A stretch of 64,000 bases of DNA from Candidatus Babelota bacterium (GCA_965658655.1 CBFHTA010000001.1:8722-72721); one strand, 5' to 3'; positions 39,563 through 50,407 are shown, counted from the first letter of the stretch. Made by a program: numbers and translations. The notes: generated by a model not told the origin, from the letters alone.

Positions 39563-41893
39563 TTACATCAAAGTAATTGGCTCTTTAAATGCCACCTTTC
39601 CTGTTGCTCTCATTAATCCCATAAAAGAAGAAAAACTTCTTGTTCTCGCCGCCCAAGCTAACGCGGAAGTTGAATCTGCACCATGTTCTACACAACATTT
39701 TATCGTGTCATAATACGGAAACGAATGATGACGATCTGTATGATTATTATTGTAAAACTCAATTATTTTATTCAAAGTTTTATCAACATCCGCTTTACCT
39801 TCAAGTAACGTCTGAATGATTTTTCGATGAACCTCGTTATCGATTGCGTATCTTTCCGTAGGAACATATCCTAAATAAGCCTCTAATAATATATTAGGAT
39901 CAATTTCTAAGTTCACTAAACGCTCTATTCTAGAAAGATTGCCGAAACCCTTGTCTAAACGAGCTTTAAATAGTCCATTTAAATTCTCTGCTCTATTAAC
40001 AAGCACCTTGACCACATTCGAAGACGCCTTTTCACGGCTTAAAAGATAAATTAACTCCGGCACAGGATTCATACCTAAATCACATTTATAATGATAAAAA
40101 TCTACTTCATTTCTAAAAAACTTTCCATCAAGGCCTTTTCGAGGATCAAACATATATTTCATCATAAAATCTCCTTGATACGTGCTTCTACGAAGTTGAC
40201 TCTTTAAGGTAGGCCTTGCATCTGCACCTTGTTGCATTAAAAAACGTGCTATCTCTTTATTCTTAACGAGTTCATATGTATCCTGTAAATCACCGTTATC
40301 AATCTTTGCTCCATGCTCAAAAAGATATGTAACCATTTCAAAATTATTAATTCCTGCTGCTCCACTTATTCCTTGTGTTGCATCTGCTCCATGCTCAACA
40401 AACAATTTTACTTTCTCAAAGTTATTGATTAAAGCCGCCCGTTGAAGCAAGTGCATTCCTTGAACAAATGCTTGATTAATATTAAATGAAGGAAGGTTTA
40501 GAATTGTTTTAAAGAAAATATCTTTATCTTCAAATTTGATTCCAAAAATATCCTCCAAGTATTTTTTTGAAACAAAAAAAACAGTCGCTAAATAATTCAA
40601 AGCTCCTTGCGCTAGAGGTATTGATTGATTAATGTCTTCATATTCAACTAATTTTTTCACAAATTTGTAAATCCAATTTCTATTGTTTTGAAGTAAAGAA
40701 AATGCTGCATGATCTGTTGAGAATTCCCACAATCCTTCAACATTATACCTTTGATGCTGATCATTAACTGAAATTCTAAGAGAAGGATATTCATCATTTC
40801 TTGCTCCTTCAATAGATACTGTTCTTGTTTGAGTAGAAAGAATATCTTCATACTCTTGTATAGACTGAGCATTACAACCAAAAAGATGATTCATAATTTT
40901 TACAGTAGTATGTATATCAGTTGAAATTTCGTAGTCTGCTTCTTCATATTTCACTCCAGGAATACCTGATACGAGGCTCATCCATTCATTGGCTGCATTG
41001 CTATAATACTGTGTTCCTTCAATGTTTTTATATTTTTCTATAAATACTTTAAATGCAGGTAATACATGAACAGTTGCCGGCAACAAAGACAAATCTAAAT
41101 AGTTTTTTTCTTTATTATATAAAACAAGATTCACAAAAGCCCATAAGGATTGCTCTCCACAAATAGCAACGCTTTGATGATGTTGATAACGTGCAGAAAG
41201 TTGTCCCGAAGGTACTAATTGATCATAATTATTTTTTTTTATATGACTTAGCATTGTAATCATTTCTTCAATGTCCATTTGCTTTGCTTTTGAAAGCGTA
41301 GATGGATCAAATTGCTCCGGACAAACATCAATACCCAACCCCATACTATAGGCTTTAAAATCATCCTCCTTTTGACTTTGTGCAACAGCCAACATAGAAA
41401 ATACATAGGCTCTATCCTCAAGCTTCATTTGCTCTAAAGGGTTGAGCCGTTTTTTAAGAGCTTTTTTAAAATCTTTAAATTTAGAAAAAAACGGTGACTG
41501 TGTACAATGTGTTTGATGCCATGCAACAGTAGCATCACCTGCTATAAATTCGTTTAACTTATTTTCAAAAGCTGCACGAGCAAGTTTTCCTAATGTTACA
41601 GCATCAATGGAATAAAAAGGATTACCTTGCAACGCCGTTTGCCGCAAGCGACCATCAAGACAATGGAAAACATTTCTCGCAAATTGCCCTCTAGGACTCT
41701 CTTCATCGTAAATCTTTTTACCCAAAGTCCCCTCAAGTAAAAGAAGCCCCACTGCAGGAGAAAATGCCCGTTTATCTTCTGGAAAACTATTCAAAGTATT
41801 TTTAATCCACGTATGACGAACACCACTCCACATACCAAAAGCTGGTGTTACACCAAGCATTATCGCTAGTGAAAGTAAAAGTTTCTTAACCAT
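39563..41893 (-). CDS. Exported ankyrin-repeat protein with uncharacterised N-terminal domain
   Basis: GGAGG RBS, signal peptide, repeated VEHGAD / FEHGAK / QQGAD / EGKAD ankyrin turns in the C-terminal half. Confidence 0.8.
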   Translation of the reverse strand: MVKKLLLSLAIMLGVTPAFGMWSGVRHTWIKNTLNSFPEDKRAFSPAVGLLLLEGTLGKKIYDEESPRGQFARNVFHCLDGRLRQTALQGNPFYSIDAVTLGKLARAAFENKLNEFIAGDATVAWHQTHCTQSPFFSKFKDFKKALKKRLNPLEQMKLEDRAYVFSMLAVAQSQKEDDFKAYSMGLGIDVCPEQFDPSTLSKAKQMDIEEMITMLSHIKKNNYDQLVPSGQLSARYQHHQSVAICGEQSLWAFVNLVLYNKEKNYLDLSLLPATVHVLPAFKVFIEKYKNIEGTQYYSNAANEWMSLVSGIPGVKYEEADYEISTDIHTTVKIMNHLFGCNAQSIQEYEDILSTQTRTVSIEGARNDEYPSLRISVNDQHQRYNVEGLWEFSTDHAAFSLLQNNRNWIYKFVKKLVEYEDINQSIPLAQGALNYLATVFFVSKKYLEDIFGIKFEDKDIFFKTILNLPSFNINQAFVQGMHLLQRAALINNFEKVKLFVEHGADATQGISGAAGINNFEMVTYLFEHGAKIDNGDLQDTYELVKNKEIARFLMQQGADARPTLKSQLRRSTYQGDFMMKYMFDPRKGLDGKFFRNEVDFYHYKCDLGMNPVPELIYLLSREKASSNVVKVLVNRAENLNGLFKARLDKGFGNLSRIERLVNLEIDPNILLEAYLGYVPTERYAIDNEVHRKIIQTLLEGKADVDKTLNKIIEFYNNNHTDRHHSFPYYDTIKCCVEHGADSTSALAWAARTRSFSSFMGLMRATGKVAFKEPITLM

Positions 41894-42188
41894 CCTAAAA
41901 CCTCCAATTTTACTCCATTACTTTTTAAAACTATAATATATTATAATTCTATTTGAATTATAGTCAGCTGGGGGTGCTAAGCTTATTTAAGGTTAAAATG
42001 GATTTTACTAACTAAAGATTTATTGAAATTGAACTATTAACATAAGCTCGTGAACAACAAAAAGACCATATAGAACAACATCAAGCTTAATATCCTTAGA
42101 CAAATTTATAAAATATCCTTTTTTAGGATAGCTCGCTGTTTTGAGCCATTTTTGCTATTATGCTTAAATAACTATTCAGAAAGGCATT

Positions 42189-44360
42189 ATGGAAGTACTT
42201 AACGGAACCGTCGATCGTTTTTTATTTCAGAACGAAGAGAGTGGATTTTCTATTTTTGTACTTCAAGTAACAAAACAAAACTCTGTTGTTGTTAAAGGAA
42301 CTGCCCCTGCGTTGCAAGCTGGTCAACAAGTAGAGCTCTCTGGAGCATGGGTTGTTCACCCAAAGTTTGGTAAACAATTCGATGCAAAATCATGCCAAGT
42401 TTGTTTGCCCAGCAGTGCACAAGGACTCAAAAAATATCTTGGGTCCGGTCTTATCAAAGGGATTGGCAAAGTCTATGCCGAAAAATTAGTAAACTATTTT
42501 GGAACCACAGTTCTTGATGTTATTGATCAAGATCCAGAACGACTCAGAGAAGTTCCTGGAGTTGGAGCAAAGCGTGTAGAGATAATTGCAGAAGCATGGA
42601 AAGATCAAAAAGAGATTGCCAACGTAATGGTTTTTCTGCAAGACAAAGGTGCTTCAACGACCTATGCCACAAAAATTTATAAAAAATACGGTGCAAATTC
42701 TATTGCCCTCATGACCGAAAACCCATATAGAATTGCAGAAGACATCTGGGGCGTAGGTTTTAAATTAGCTGACCAAATAGCACAAAATTTAGAATTCGAA
42801 AAAGAATCGGTCAAGCGCGTAAAAGCCGGAATCTTGTTTGCGATTAATAACGCAACAGGACTTGGCAATTTATATATTGAAGTAGACCCTTTAAAGAAAT
42901 CGGCTCTTAGTCTTTTAGAACTTAATGCCGAAACAACACAATCCACACTTAAACGTGCGCTACACGAACTCTATAACGAAGACAAAATCAAGCTGATAAC
43001 ACACCAAGATAAGCACTTTGTTACACTTCCAAAGTTTTACCACACCGAGAAAAACGTTTCTGAAAAACTTAAAAATTTAATGACCCACAAAGCATTAAAA
43101 AGCTTCAATCTTCAGCAAATCTACACACAAATTAGAACGCCAAAAACAGGGCAAGTCGAACTCAATGAATCTCAACAAAAAGGGATTTTAAACTGCTTAC
43201 AGCATAAAGTATCGGTGATTACCGGTGGCCCAGGAACTGGGAAAACAACGCTGGTTAAAAATTTATTGCATGTACTCGATAACGAAAAAATAAATTACAA
43301 ATTAGCAGCTCCCACCGGACGTGCAGCAAAAAGGATGACTGAAAGTACTGGACGTTACGCTCTTACCATTCATCGACTGCTCGAATTTAATATGCAAATT
43401 ATGGGGTTCACCTACAATGAGCAGAACGCCCTTAAAGTTGATTTTTTAATTATCGACGAAGCTTCGATGATAGATATTTTCTTAGCCTATGGTCTTTTAC
43501 GTGCGTTGCCTTTAACGGCCCATATCGTATTCATTGGAGACATTGATCAGCTTCCTTCTGTAGGAGCAGGAAATTTTTTACGCGACCTGATTGCAAGCAA
43601 AGAAGCAAGTGTAACCAAACTTAATTTTATATTTAGACAAGCACAAAACAGTTTAATTACCTACAACGCCCACCAAATAAACAAAGGCGAATTCCCAGCA
43701 TTTGAAGCTCCAAATACGTTTCAAGACTACCTGTTCATTAAAGAAGATAAGCCAGAAAATCTTCCTATGCATTTTAGACGCATTTATCAATCAAAACTAC
43801 CACGGTGCAGAATACAATCTAAAAACAGCATTGTTCTTTCTCCTATGAATCGCGGTACAGCAGGAACACAAAAAATTAATTATGATCTGCAGCTTCTGCT
43901 TAATCCAGAAAATAAGCCGTCTCTGTCTAAATTACAACACACATTTAAAGTTGATGATCGCGTAATGCAAATCCGAAACAACTATGACAAGCATGTGTTT
44001 AACGGAGATATTGGTACCATCGAATCAATTAACCACACCGACAAAGTTTTACGTATTGCGTATCCCGAAAAAACAGTAGAGTATGATTTTTTAGAACTTG
44101 ATGAACTTGTCTTAGCCTATGGGATTTCTATTCACAAAAGCCAAGGGTCTGAATTTGATGCGGTTATCATTCCCCTTTTCATGCAACACTTTACCCTTCT
44201 CCAAAGGAATCTTGTCTACACAGCATTAACGCGGGCGAAAAAGTTCTGTATTATCATTGGACAACCAAAAGCACTAGCTATGGCCATTAAAAATAACAAA
44301 GGCACCGTAAGAACAACGTTTTTAGCGGAATTTTTAACAACGGATCTGGCATGTCGATAA
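42189..44360 (+). CDS. recD2: ATP-dependent RecD-like DNA helicase RecD2
   Basis: HPKFGKQF, HhH motifs, GGPGTGKT, APTGRAAKR, DEASM, QLPSVG, HKSQGSE, YTALTRAK. Confidence 0.96.
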   Translation: MEVLNGTVDRFLFQNEESGFSIFVLQVTKQNSVVVKGTAPALQAGQQVELSGAWVVHPKFGKQFDAKSCQVCLPSSAQGLKKYLGSGLIKGIGKVYAEKLVNYFGTTVLDVIDQDPERLREVPGVGAKRVEIIAEAWKDQKEIANVMVFLQDKGASTTYATKIYKKYGANSIALMTENPYRIAEDIWGVGFKLADQIAQNLEFEKESVKRVKAGILFAINNATGLGNLYIEVDPLKKSALSLLELNAETTQSTLKRALHELYNEDKIKLITHQDKHFVTLPKFYHTEKNVSEKLKNLMTHKALKSFNLQQIYTQIRTPKTGQVELNESQQKGILNCLQHKVSVITGGPGTGKTTLVKNLLHVLDNEKINYKLAAPTGRAAKRMTESTGRYALTIHRLLEFNMQIMGFTYNEQNALKVDFLIIDEASMIDIFLAYGLLRALPLTAHIVFIGDIDQLPSVGAGNFLRDLIASKEASVTKLNFIFRQAQNSLITYNAHQINKGEFPAFEAPNTFQDYLFIKEDKPENLPMHFRRIYQSKLPRCRIQSKNSIVLSPMNRGTAGTQKINYDLQLLLNPENKPSLSKLQHTFKVDDRVMQIRNNYDKHVFNGDIGTIESINHTDKVLRIAYPEKTVEYDFLELDELVLAYGISIHKSQGSEFDAVIIPLFMQHFTLLQRNLVYTALTRAKKFCIIIGQPKALAMAIKNNKGTVRTTFLAEFLTTDLACR

Positions 44361-45046
44361 GATTTTTTTTACTCGTTTCTCTTTTTTCAGCTCCTCTTTA
44401 TGGTATTTCTTTAACTAAGAAGAAAACGTTTACTATTATGCTTGATCCTGCCGGCGATGCTCAACACGCAGGAAGAAAAATTGGCGACTATCTTGAACGT
44501 GGAGCCACTCTCCTGTTTAGTGATGCCTTAAAAAAGAGCATCGAAGAAGCACATAGCGGCATTCGAGTAGTACTTACTCGATTTCCTGGAGAAACAATTC
44601 AGCCTCGACAAAATGCCTCGTTCGCTAATCGACTTGATGTAGATTTATACCTTAGCCTGCATTTTTTCAAACAAACAACCCGTAAATCTTTACTCCATCT
44701 TTTCTTTTTTTGTTTAGACGCTACTACCGATTTTTGGTCTGACCAAGCTCCAAAATTAGCTTTTATAAAATCAAGTAAAATCCACAAACAATCTATTAGA
44801 ACAAGCAAATCCTGGGCACAAGTGCTCTTTGAAAATATGCAGCCATATAATAAAAGTTTTGACACTTCTAAACCTTTGGGAATTCCTTTTAAACCATTAC
44901 ATGGACTTAAAGCACCAAGCATAGGTATAGAGGCCAGTCTAACAAATCCAGAAGAATGGCAGCGCTATATTCAACCGATTACCGATGGTATCGGTACAAT
45001 TATTGCACAGAGAAGAAAGGAAAGTAGTCGTGGAATTTTCTCTTAA
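44351..45046 (+). CDS. N-acetylmuramoyl-L-alanine amidase (Amidase_3) family, atypical active site
   Basis: IMLDPAG, VVLTR, ANRLDVDLYLSLH, PSIGIE; overlaps the recD2 stop. Confidence 0.8.
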   Translation: MSIRFFLLVSLFSAPLYGISLTKKKTFTIMLDPAGDAQHAGRKIGDYLERGATLLFSDALKKSIEEAHSGIRVVLTRFPGETIQPRQNASFANRLDVDLYLSLHFFKQTTRKSLLHLFFFCLDATTDFWSDQAPKLAFIKSSKIHKQSIRTSKSWAQVLFENMQPYNKSFDTSKPLGIPFKPLHGLKAPSIGIEASLTNPEEWQRYIQPITDGIGTIIAQRRKESSRGIFS

Positions 45047-45578
45047 TTACAAAACGTTTATTGCTTCTGCTGCTTTCTGTATTGGAGTAACTGTTTTTAT
45101 GATTTCTAATAGATGGCTCATCATTCATTTAAACACCGGGCAATCTACTATTGATAAAAAAACTTTAGCAATAGAGAAAAAGCCACTCCGCCTTTATTTT
45201 TGGAAAGAAGACGCATGGCACTATGAAGATACCGAGCTCCTCTGGTCTGAAGATGTAGCAGATACATTAAAATATAGCGCTAACCGATGGCTTTCTTTAC
45301 TTGATGAAGAGAACCTTCATTCAAAAAAAGTAGTTACACAAAGCGTCTCTCTTTCTCCATCAGGCACAATTGCCTATCTCTCTTTAGATCGCTATCCATT
45401 TGAAAACGAATCATCTACCTATGAAAAATATATGTTTATAGAAGGATTACTAAAGACGCTACGAGCACAACAAATGGCTGTAACACATATTTGTTTCCTG
45501 GTTCACCACAAACCATTGAATGATTATCACTTAGACTTCTCTCATCCCTGGCCAATCAAAAGTTTTTTTCAAGAGTAA
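45030..45578 (+). CDS. Membrane-anchored GerMN-like protein
   Basis: GTG 45030 after AAGGAAAG; TM anchor, LYF, AYLSL, E.....LLKTL, FLV...HLD pattern; follows the amidase. Confidence 0.55.
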   Translation: MEFSLNYKTFIASAAFCIGVTVFMISNRWLIIHLNTGQSTIDKKTLAIEKKPLRLYFWKEDAWHYEDTELLWSEDVADTLKYSANRWLSLLDEENLHSKKVVTQSVSLSPSGTIAYLSLDRYPFENESSTYEKYMFIEGLLKTLRAQQMAVTHICFLVHHKPLNDYHLDFSHPWPIKSFFQE

Positions 45579-45688
45579 ATGCAAGCCTACCAATCTTTTC
45601 TCCTAATGCCAAAATTACCCTCTAGATTTTTAAAAAATACCATGCTAGTTTCTACTCAAGTTTAACCTTTTTCATAGAGGAGAATGTC

Positions 45689-46207
45689 ATGAAAAAGTAT
45701 ATTCTTCTGCTCGCCAGTCTTACAGGTACTGCCCAAGCAAAAGAACTCAATTCAACTTCGTTGTGGAATAAACAATATCGTATCAATCAATTGAGCTCAT
45801 CAGATAAGAATGCCTTAGCAACAGGATTGTATAATCTAATGAAAGAGAAAGGAAACGAAAAGACTACGCCCTCTAAAGTAAGTCAGTTCTACGAAATTAC
45901 GGCAGAAACCTGTCATTACACCTGCAGAAATGCTTTTCAAAAAGTGTTTGATAAAACAGTAACACGCTCTCATAACCATGACAAGAAAGCTTCTGTATGG
46001 GTAGAAAGCGTAAGACCCTACTATGCCGACATAGTAAAACAACTTACCGAAGATGAAATGATTATTTCATTCGGCGCAGATCGTGGTAAAAAATTTCCAA
46101 CTACAGAAATTGAACTGGATAGAGTATTAAATCCTCGTCCTCGTAGAAAAGTAACTACTGTGTTCCATATAAACACACCTGGTTTTTCTATGCATGTTCA
46201 AATGTAG
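45689..46207 (+). CDS. Hypothetical exported protein
   Basis: GAGGAG RBS, signal ending AQA. Confidence 0.72.
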   Translation: MKKYILLLASLTGTAQAKELNSTSLWNKQYRINQLSSSDKNALATGLYNLMKEKGNEKTTPSKVSQFYEITAETCHYTCRNAFQKVFDKTVTRSHNHDKKASVWVESVRPYYADIVKQLTEDEMIISFGADRGKKFPTTEIELDRVLNPRPRRKVTTVFHINTPGFSMHVQM

Positions 46208-46226
46208 TCCTCAACTATTAGACAAC

Positions 46227-46256
46227 AAAAAAAGGCCTCGTAACTGAGGCCTTTTT
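46227..46256. terminator. Bidirectional intrinsic terminator
   Basis: AAAAAAAGGCCTC-GTAACT-GAGGCCTTTTT. Confidence 0.85.
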
Positions 46257-46311
46257 ACTTTTTAAATAAACTTCTATATATCTTCATAGATGACTCGAAA
46301 CCACTCTTCAA

Positions 46312-46692
46312 CTAGCGCTTTTTTTCTCCTGTACTTACTGTACACCCTTCAAGAATAGCACGCATAGCTTCGTGAAAATTTATAACTTTTTGATACTGTT
46401 TTTTACAGGGTCCATTGTCTATATAGTTTTGACTCCTACCTTCTTTTTCAAAGGGAGCGCCACATTGTGCATATTCACCATAAGCATCCCAATGGTCAAC
46501 AACCAAGTTCGTATTAAGCCTGCTTTGAACACAAGAAACACTCGTACCGCGCATTTCAGCAGGATTGATTTCTTGCTCCCAACGAGCCCATAACAATATT
46601 GTACGAGCTATTACATTGGCATCTGCCGCATAAAATGTGCTTGAAAAAAGTGTTCCTGCCACAGCAAGAGTAAAAAGTAATTTTTTATTCAT
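46312..46692 (-). CDS. Hypothetical exported protein
   Basis: MNKKLLFTLAVAGTLFSSTFYA signal; four Cys. Confidence 0.7.
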   Translation of the reverse strand: MNKKLLFTLAVAGTLFSSTFYAADANVIARTILLWARWEQEINPAEMRGTSVSCVQSRLNTNLVVDHWDAYGEYAQCGAPFEKEGRSQNYIDNGPCKKQYQKVINFHEAMRAILEGCTVSTGEKKR

Positions 46693-46783
46693 AACAACCT
46701 TCGATAGTATTATTCAGAGAGATTAATAATCTAAAAAGAATTATATCAAAACAACTATTAAGAATAAAAAACACTTTGTAAAT

Positions 46784-49700
46784 TTATTTTTCTGGAAACT
46801 CGTCACCAGGAAGATCGGCATCTTCTGGTTTAACCCGAGAACCATCAAGATACTGTTGATCTCTAGATTCACCCATCATACGAATAACGCGCACAGGAAA
46901 AGCAATTTCTATATTATTGTCGTGCAGAAACTTAACAATTGCTAGGCGAACATCACTAGCGATAATCCATTGTTGAAGCGTCATTTCTGAACTAATATAA
47001 CCACGTATCATAAAGATATAACCAGAAGGTCCAAATTCTTCTAAACGAACAATGGGCGGTGGAGTTTTAAGTACATTATTAACACTTTTAACTGCTTGAA
47101 ATAAAACGTCTTTTGTTTTTTGAGGGTCTGCAGCATAACGAATGCCTACAACAATATCAGGAAAGGTAATAAACCCACTACTATAATCCCAGTTCATAAT
47201 AACATCTTGCATCAGCTTATTATTGGGGATTACTAAATAAAAACTTCTCTTCCTGCGAATAATAACTGCTCGTGGAGTAATTTTTCTTACAACTCCACTG
47301 ACATCATCACTAAGTTTAATATAATCACCAACTTTTAAAGGTCGCTGAATAAGCAAAATGAAATATGCAATAAAATCATTAAATACTTCTCGTAAAGCAA
47401 AACCCATACCTACAAGGAGCGGTAAGATATAGTACAGAACAAGGAATCCAAAACCTTCGTGAATTAAGCCAATGGTAATAACAATAATTACAACAAAATA
47501 ATAAAGAATGGTTGAAACGGCATTGTGTACTCCTGGATCTACCAATAGAACACTAAAAATACGATCGACAATAAAACGATCTATTAAATGGCCTACCATA
47601 AATGCAAGGGGGATAAAGAAAATAGTTCGGGCAAGATCAAAAATGCTTACATTATGATATTTACCCTCTGTAAACCCTACAAGAAAACGTTTTTCTACAA
47701 AGAAACCGCCAATTGAGTCTAGCGGAATTGCTTTGCCCCAGAACCAAGCGATACCCCATAAACCAATAAGTAAAAAGAGGATAAATAAGAAAACAACAGT
47801 GAGCCCATAAAATGTTTTTGAATTATCAAACCGTTGATTAAGTGTTTCTCCATCAGAAGCAAAAAAGATATAAGAAGAAATACGGCGACAAAAACCATAG
47901 GCAACAAACAAAGAACGACCAACCAGAAGAGTACCGAAAAGTCCCCAAAAGAAATACGCAACCAAGTTATCGTATCCACCAATATGTGGATCACTCAAAA
48001 CCATAACGGTAATGATAATAACCAAAATCGTATAATAATACTGGTCTACTAAGCGCCAACATAATCCACCTATTTCTGACTTAGACGGAATAACACTGAG
48101 CAAATCTTCTTTTCTAATAAGCGATAACAAAAGAATGCGAACAATAATCGAATAGAAAGCCAGCAAGACACTCGGCAATTCTGATTTAGTATAGGTAGCA
48201 AGAATGAAAGCTTCTCTGAAAAAAAGAATAACAACAGAAGTATATAAAAAAGTGCACCCTACAAAATGTAACCGTGGAACAAAATGATCAGGAAAAAGTT
48301 CATATTCATGCTCTTTATTAAAGGCAATAACAAAGTGAATAAACCGATTAGAAAGATACAGAAGATAGGGAATAGAAAAGAGGAAAAACAGGACAGCAGG
48401 GTACGTTTCTGTAACCGAATTCATCCCTACCGAAAAGAATAAAAAGAACCAAATATAAAGCAAAATAAGGTGCTTTGAAACAAATTCTATACATAGCGCA
48501 AGAATACGACTGAAAACAAATGCTCCGCGATATTCAGTTCCAGCGTTTATAAAAAAACGGCTCAAAGAAGGCAAGTAGCGCTGCAACAAGAAAAAAAACA
48601 AAAAGATAAGAAAAAGTTTCCATAAAATAATAATCAACTGTATAGGGTTATGAAGAACATTAAGTATCTTACGACTCTTAATATAAAGTTTAAATCCAGA
48701 AAGATATGAAGAACCAAGCGTGCGAACGTCAATAAGAAAGCCTGTCATATCAGGAACAATATTGGTTAATCCTTCTTTAGAAATTGCACCCCCAGAACGA
48801 TGCCACAAACTTACTCGCTGTAGCTCTGCAATCATACTTTTAATTTCTTTGATTTCTCCACTATAAGATACAAGGAGCTTTGAGTAAGCTTCAATAATGC
48901 GCCCTGTATATTCAATCTGCTTAGAAACCTGTGTTTGGGCTTTTGCAAGATACAGCTCACATTTATTGTATTTAGCTTCTTCACCTTTAAACCACTTACT
49001 ACGTTTTGCCTTTAACGTAATTTGATGATTTTTAATATTTGTAAGCGCTTTATTCTGTAAACTTAACCTATTAGTCGCCGAAGCCCGTTTATCTTCATAA
49101 ATAGATTGTTCACGTAATAACTCGGCCACTGAAGTTTGGTAATCAACGATTTCTTTATTAAGCTCTTCACTTGATTTAAATTGCTGATGTTTAATTTTAT
49201 ACCACGACTCTACAACACGTAAGGCGTATTCATGTTCTTTAAATAATACTTTTGCTAAAGCCGTTTGTGCCTTATTGAAATCAATTTTAATACTAATCAG
49301 CTGCACTTCATCATTTTTAAACCCTCGCTCTGCAAGCGCTAAGAAGCTACTTGCATTATTAGGAACGCTGATCCATTCATTAAGATTAGTAATTGAGTAG
49401 TCTTTATCAGGATATTTTATTTCTAACTCTTCAAGTTGTTTTTTAATCTTTTCTTCGATCGTAGAGAGCTTTTCTATCTGCTGTAAATAAGTATCAGTCT
49501 TATTGAGGTACTCTTGTTTTTCTTTTTTTATACGCTCTGTAACTGTTGCAATATCTTTTTGATCAACACGTAAAGACATCCGAACAATAAAGTCTTTTTG
49601 AACACGAAAAGCGTTAAGTGCTTTTTGCTGAAATCCTTCTTTTTCTTCAATAAGAGCTAGCTTTGCTGTTTTTTCTTTAACCTGAAGCTCTGAAAATTCT

Positions 49701-50407
49701 TTTTCGTATTGAGCCATCTTAACTTCATAGTCCAGCAACTCACTCTTCTCATGAGCAAAATGGTCAGAAGGAAGCACCTCTGTGCCAAATTCACTTTGCT
49801 CTTTAAGTTTCTCTTTGTAAGTTTTTTCACTTGTCTCTGTAAGACGTTGTGCATTTTCTAAATCAAGACGAGCTTCGCTTTTTTCTCCTATAACATGCGA
49901 AAGCTTATCCTCTTGATTAGCAATTTTTTTATTAAGAGATTGAAGCTCTTCAAAGGTATAAAGCGATTTCTTTTCTTCTTCTTGTGTCTTTTTTTCTTCT
50001 TCCATACCAGACAAAAGAGAAATGCGAGACTTCAAGTAACCAAACCAAGATTTTTTGCTTGAACGAATATTAGTTAAAATTTGAGCAGTTCTTTTAAGAG
50101 TAAAAAGCTGCTTATTTAAATATGTATCATCAACTGCTTGTTTTAATAGCCCTTCCACATGTTTTATTTTCTTACGAACTAGCTCTATTTTTTGCTGTAT
50201 ATCATCTTCAAAATTTTTTAACGTATGCTCAATAGTATCTGCTTGTTTTTTAAGATGTTGCAATTCTCTTTCTGCTTTATCTTCACCAACAGCAAGATCT
50301 AAAGATCCTTCTTTCCTTAAACCCAAAGAATTTAAAATATCGGCTTGTACGTTGAATCCGATTAGCAAGAAACAGGCAAGGGAGAGTATTTTTTTCATAG
50401 CTTTCAT
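46784..50407 (-). CDS. Large mechanosensitive channel, MscS family (MscK-like)
   Basis: Signal, long periplasmic coiled coil, ~11 TMs, GFALRE..NDF, RPLKVGDYI, IPN motif. Confidence 0.92.
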   Translation of the reverse strand: MKAMKKILSLACFLLIGFNVQADILNSLGLRKEGSLDLAVGEDKAERELQHLKKQADTIEHTLKNFEDDIQQKIELVRKKIKHVEGLLKQAVDDTYLNKQLFTLKRTAQILTNIRSSKKSWFGYLKSRISLLSGMEEEKKTQEEEKKSLYTFEELQSLNKKIANQEDKLSHVIGEKSEARLDLENAQRLTETSEKTYKEKLKEQSEFGTEVLPSDHFAHEKSELLDYEVKMAQYEKEFSELQVKEKTAKLALIEEKEGFQQKALNAFRVQKDFIVRMSLRVDQKDIATVTERIKKEKQEYLNKTDTYLQQIEKLSTIEEKIKKQLEELEIKYPDKDYSITNLNEWISVPNNASSFLALAERGFKNDEVQLISIKIDFNKAQTALAKVLFKEHEYALRVVESWYKIKHQQFKSSEELNKEIVDYQTSVAELLREQSIYEDKRASATNRLSLQNKALTNIKNHQITLKAKRSKWFKGEEAKYNKCELYLAKAQTQVSKQIEYTGRIIEAYSKLLVSYSGEIKEIKSMIAELQRVSLWHRSGGAISKEGLTNIVPDMTGFLIDVRTLGSSYLSGFKLYIKSRKILNVLHNPIQLIIILWKLFLIFLFFFLLQRYLPSLSRFFINAGTEYRGAFVFSRILALCIEFVSKHLILLYIWFFLFFSVGMNSVTETYPAVLFFLFSIPYLLYLSNRFIHFVIAFNKEHEYELFPDHFVPRLHFVGCTFLYTSVVILFFREAFILATYTKSELPSVLLAFYSIIVRILLLSLIRKEDLLSVIPSKSEIGGLCWRLVDQYYYTILVIIITVMVLSDPHIGGYDNLVAYFFWGLFGTLLVGRSLFVAYGFCRRISSYIFFASDGETLNQRFDNSKTFYGLTVVFLFILFLLIGLWGIAWFWGKAIPLDSIGGFFVEKRFLVGFTEGKYHNVSIFDLARTIFFIPLAFMVGHLIDRFIVDRIFSVLLVDPGVHNAVSTILYYFVVIIVITIGLIHEGFGFLVLYYILPLLVGMGFALREVFNDFIAYFILLIQRPLKVGDYIKLSDDVSGVVRKITPRAVIIRRKRSFYLVIPNNKLMQDVIMNWDYSSGFITFPDIVVGIRYAADPQKTKDVLFQAVKSVNNVLKTPPPIVRLEEFGPSGYIFMIRGYISSEMTLQQWIIASDVRLAIVKFLHDNNIEIAFPVRVIRMMGESRDQQYLDGSRVKPEDADLPGDEFPEK

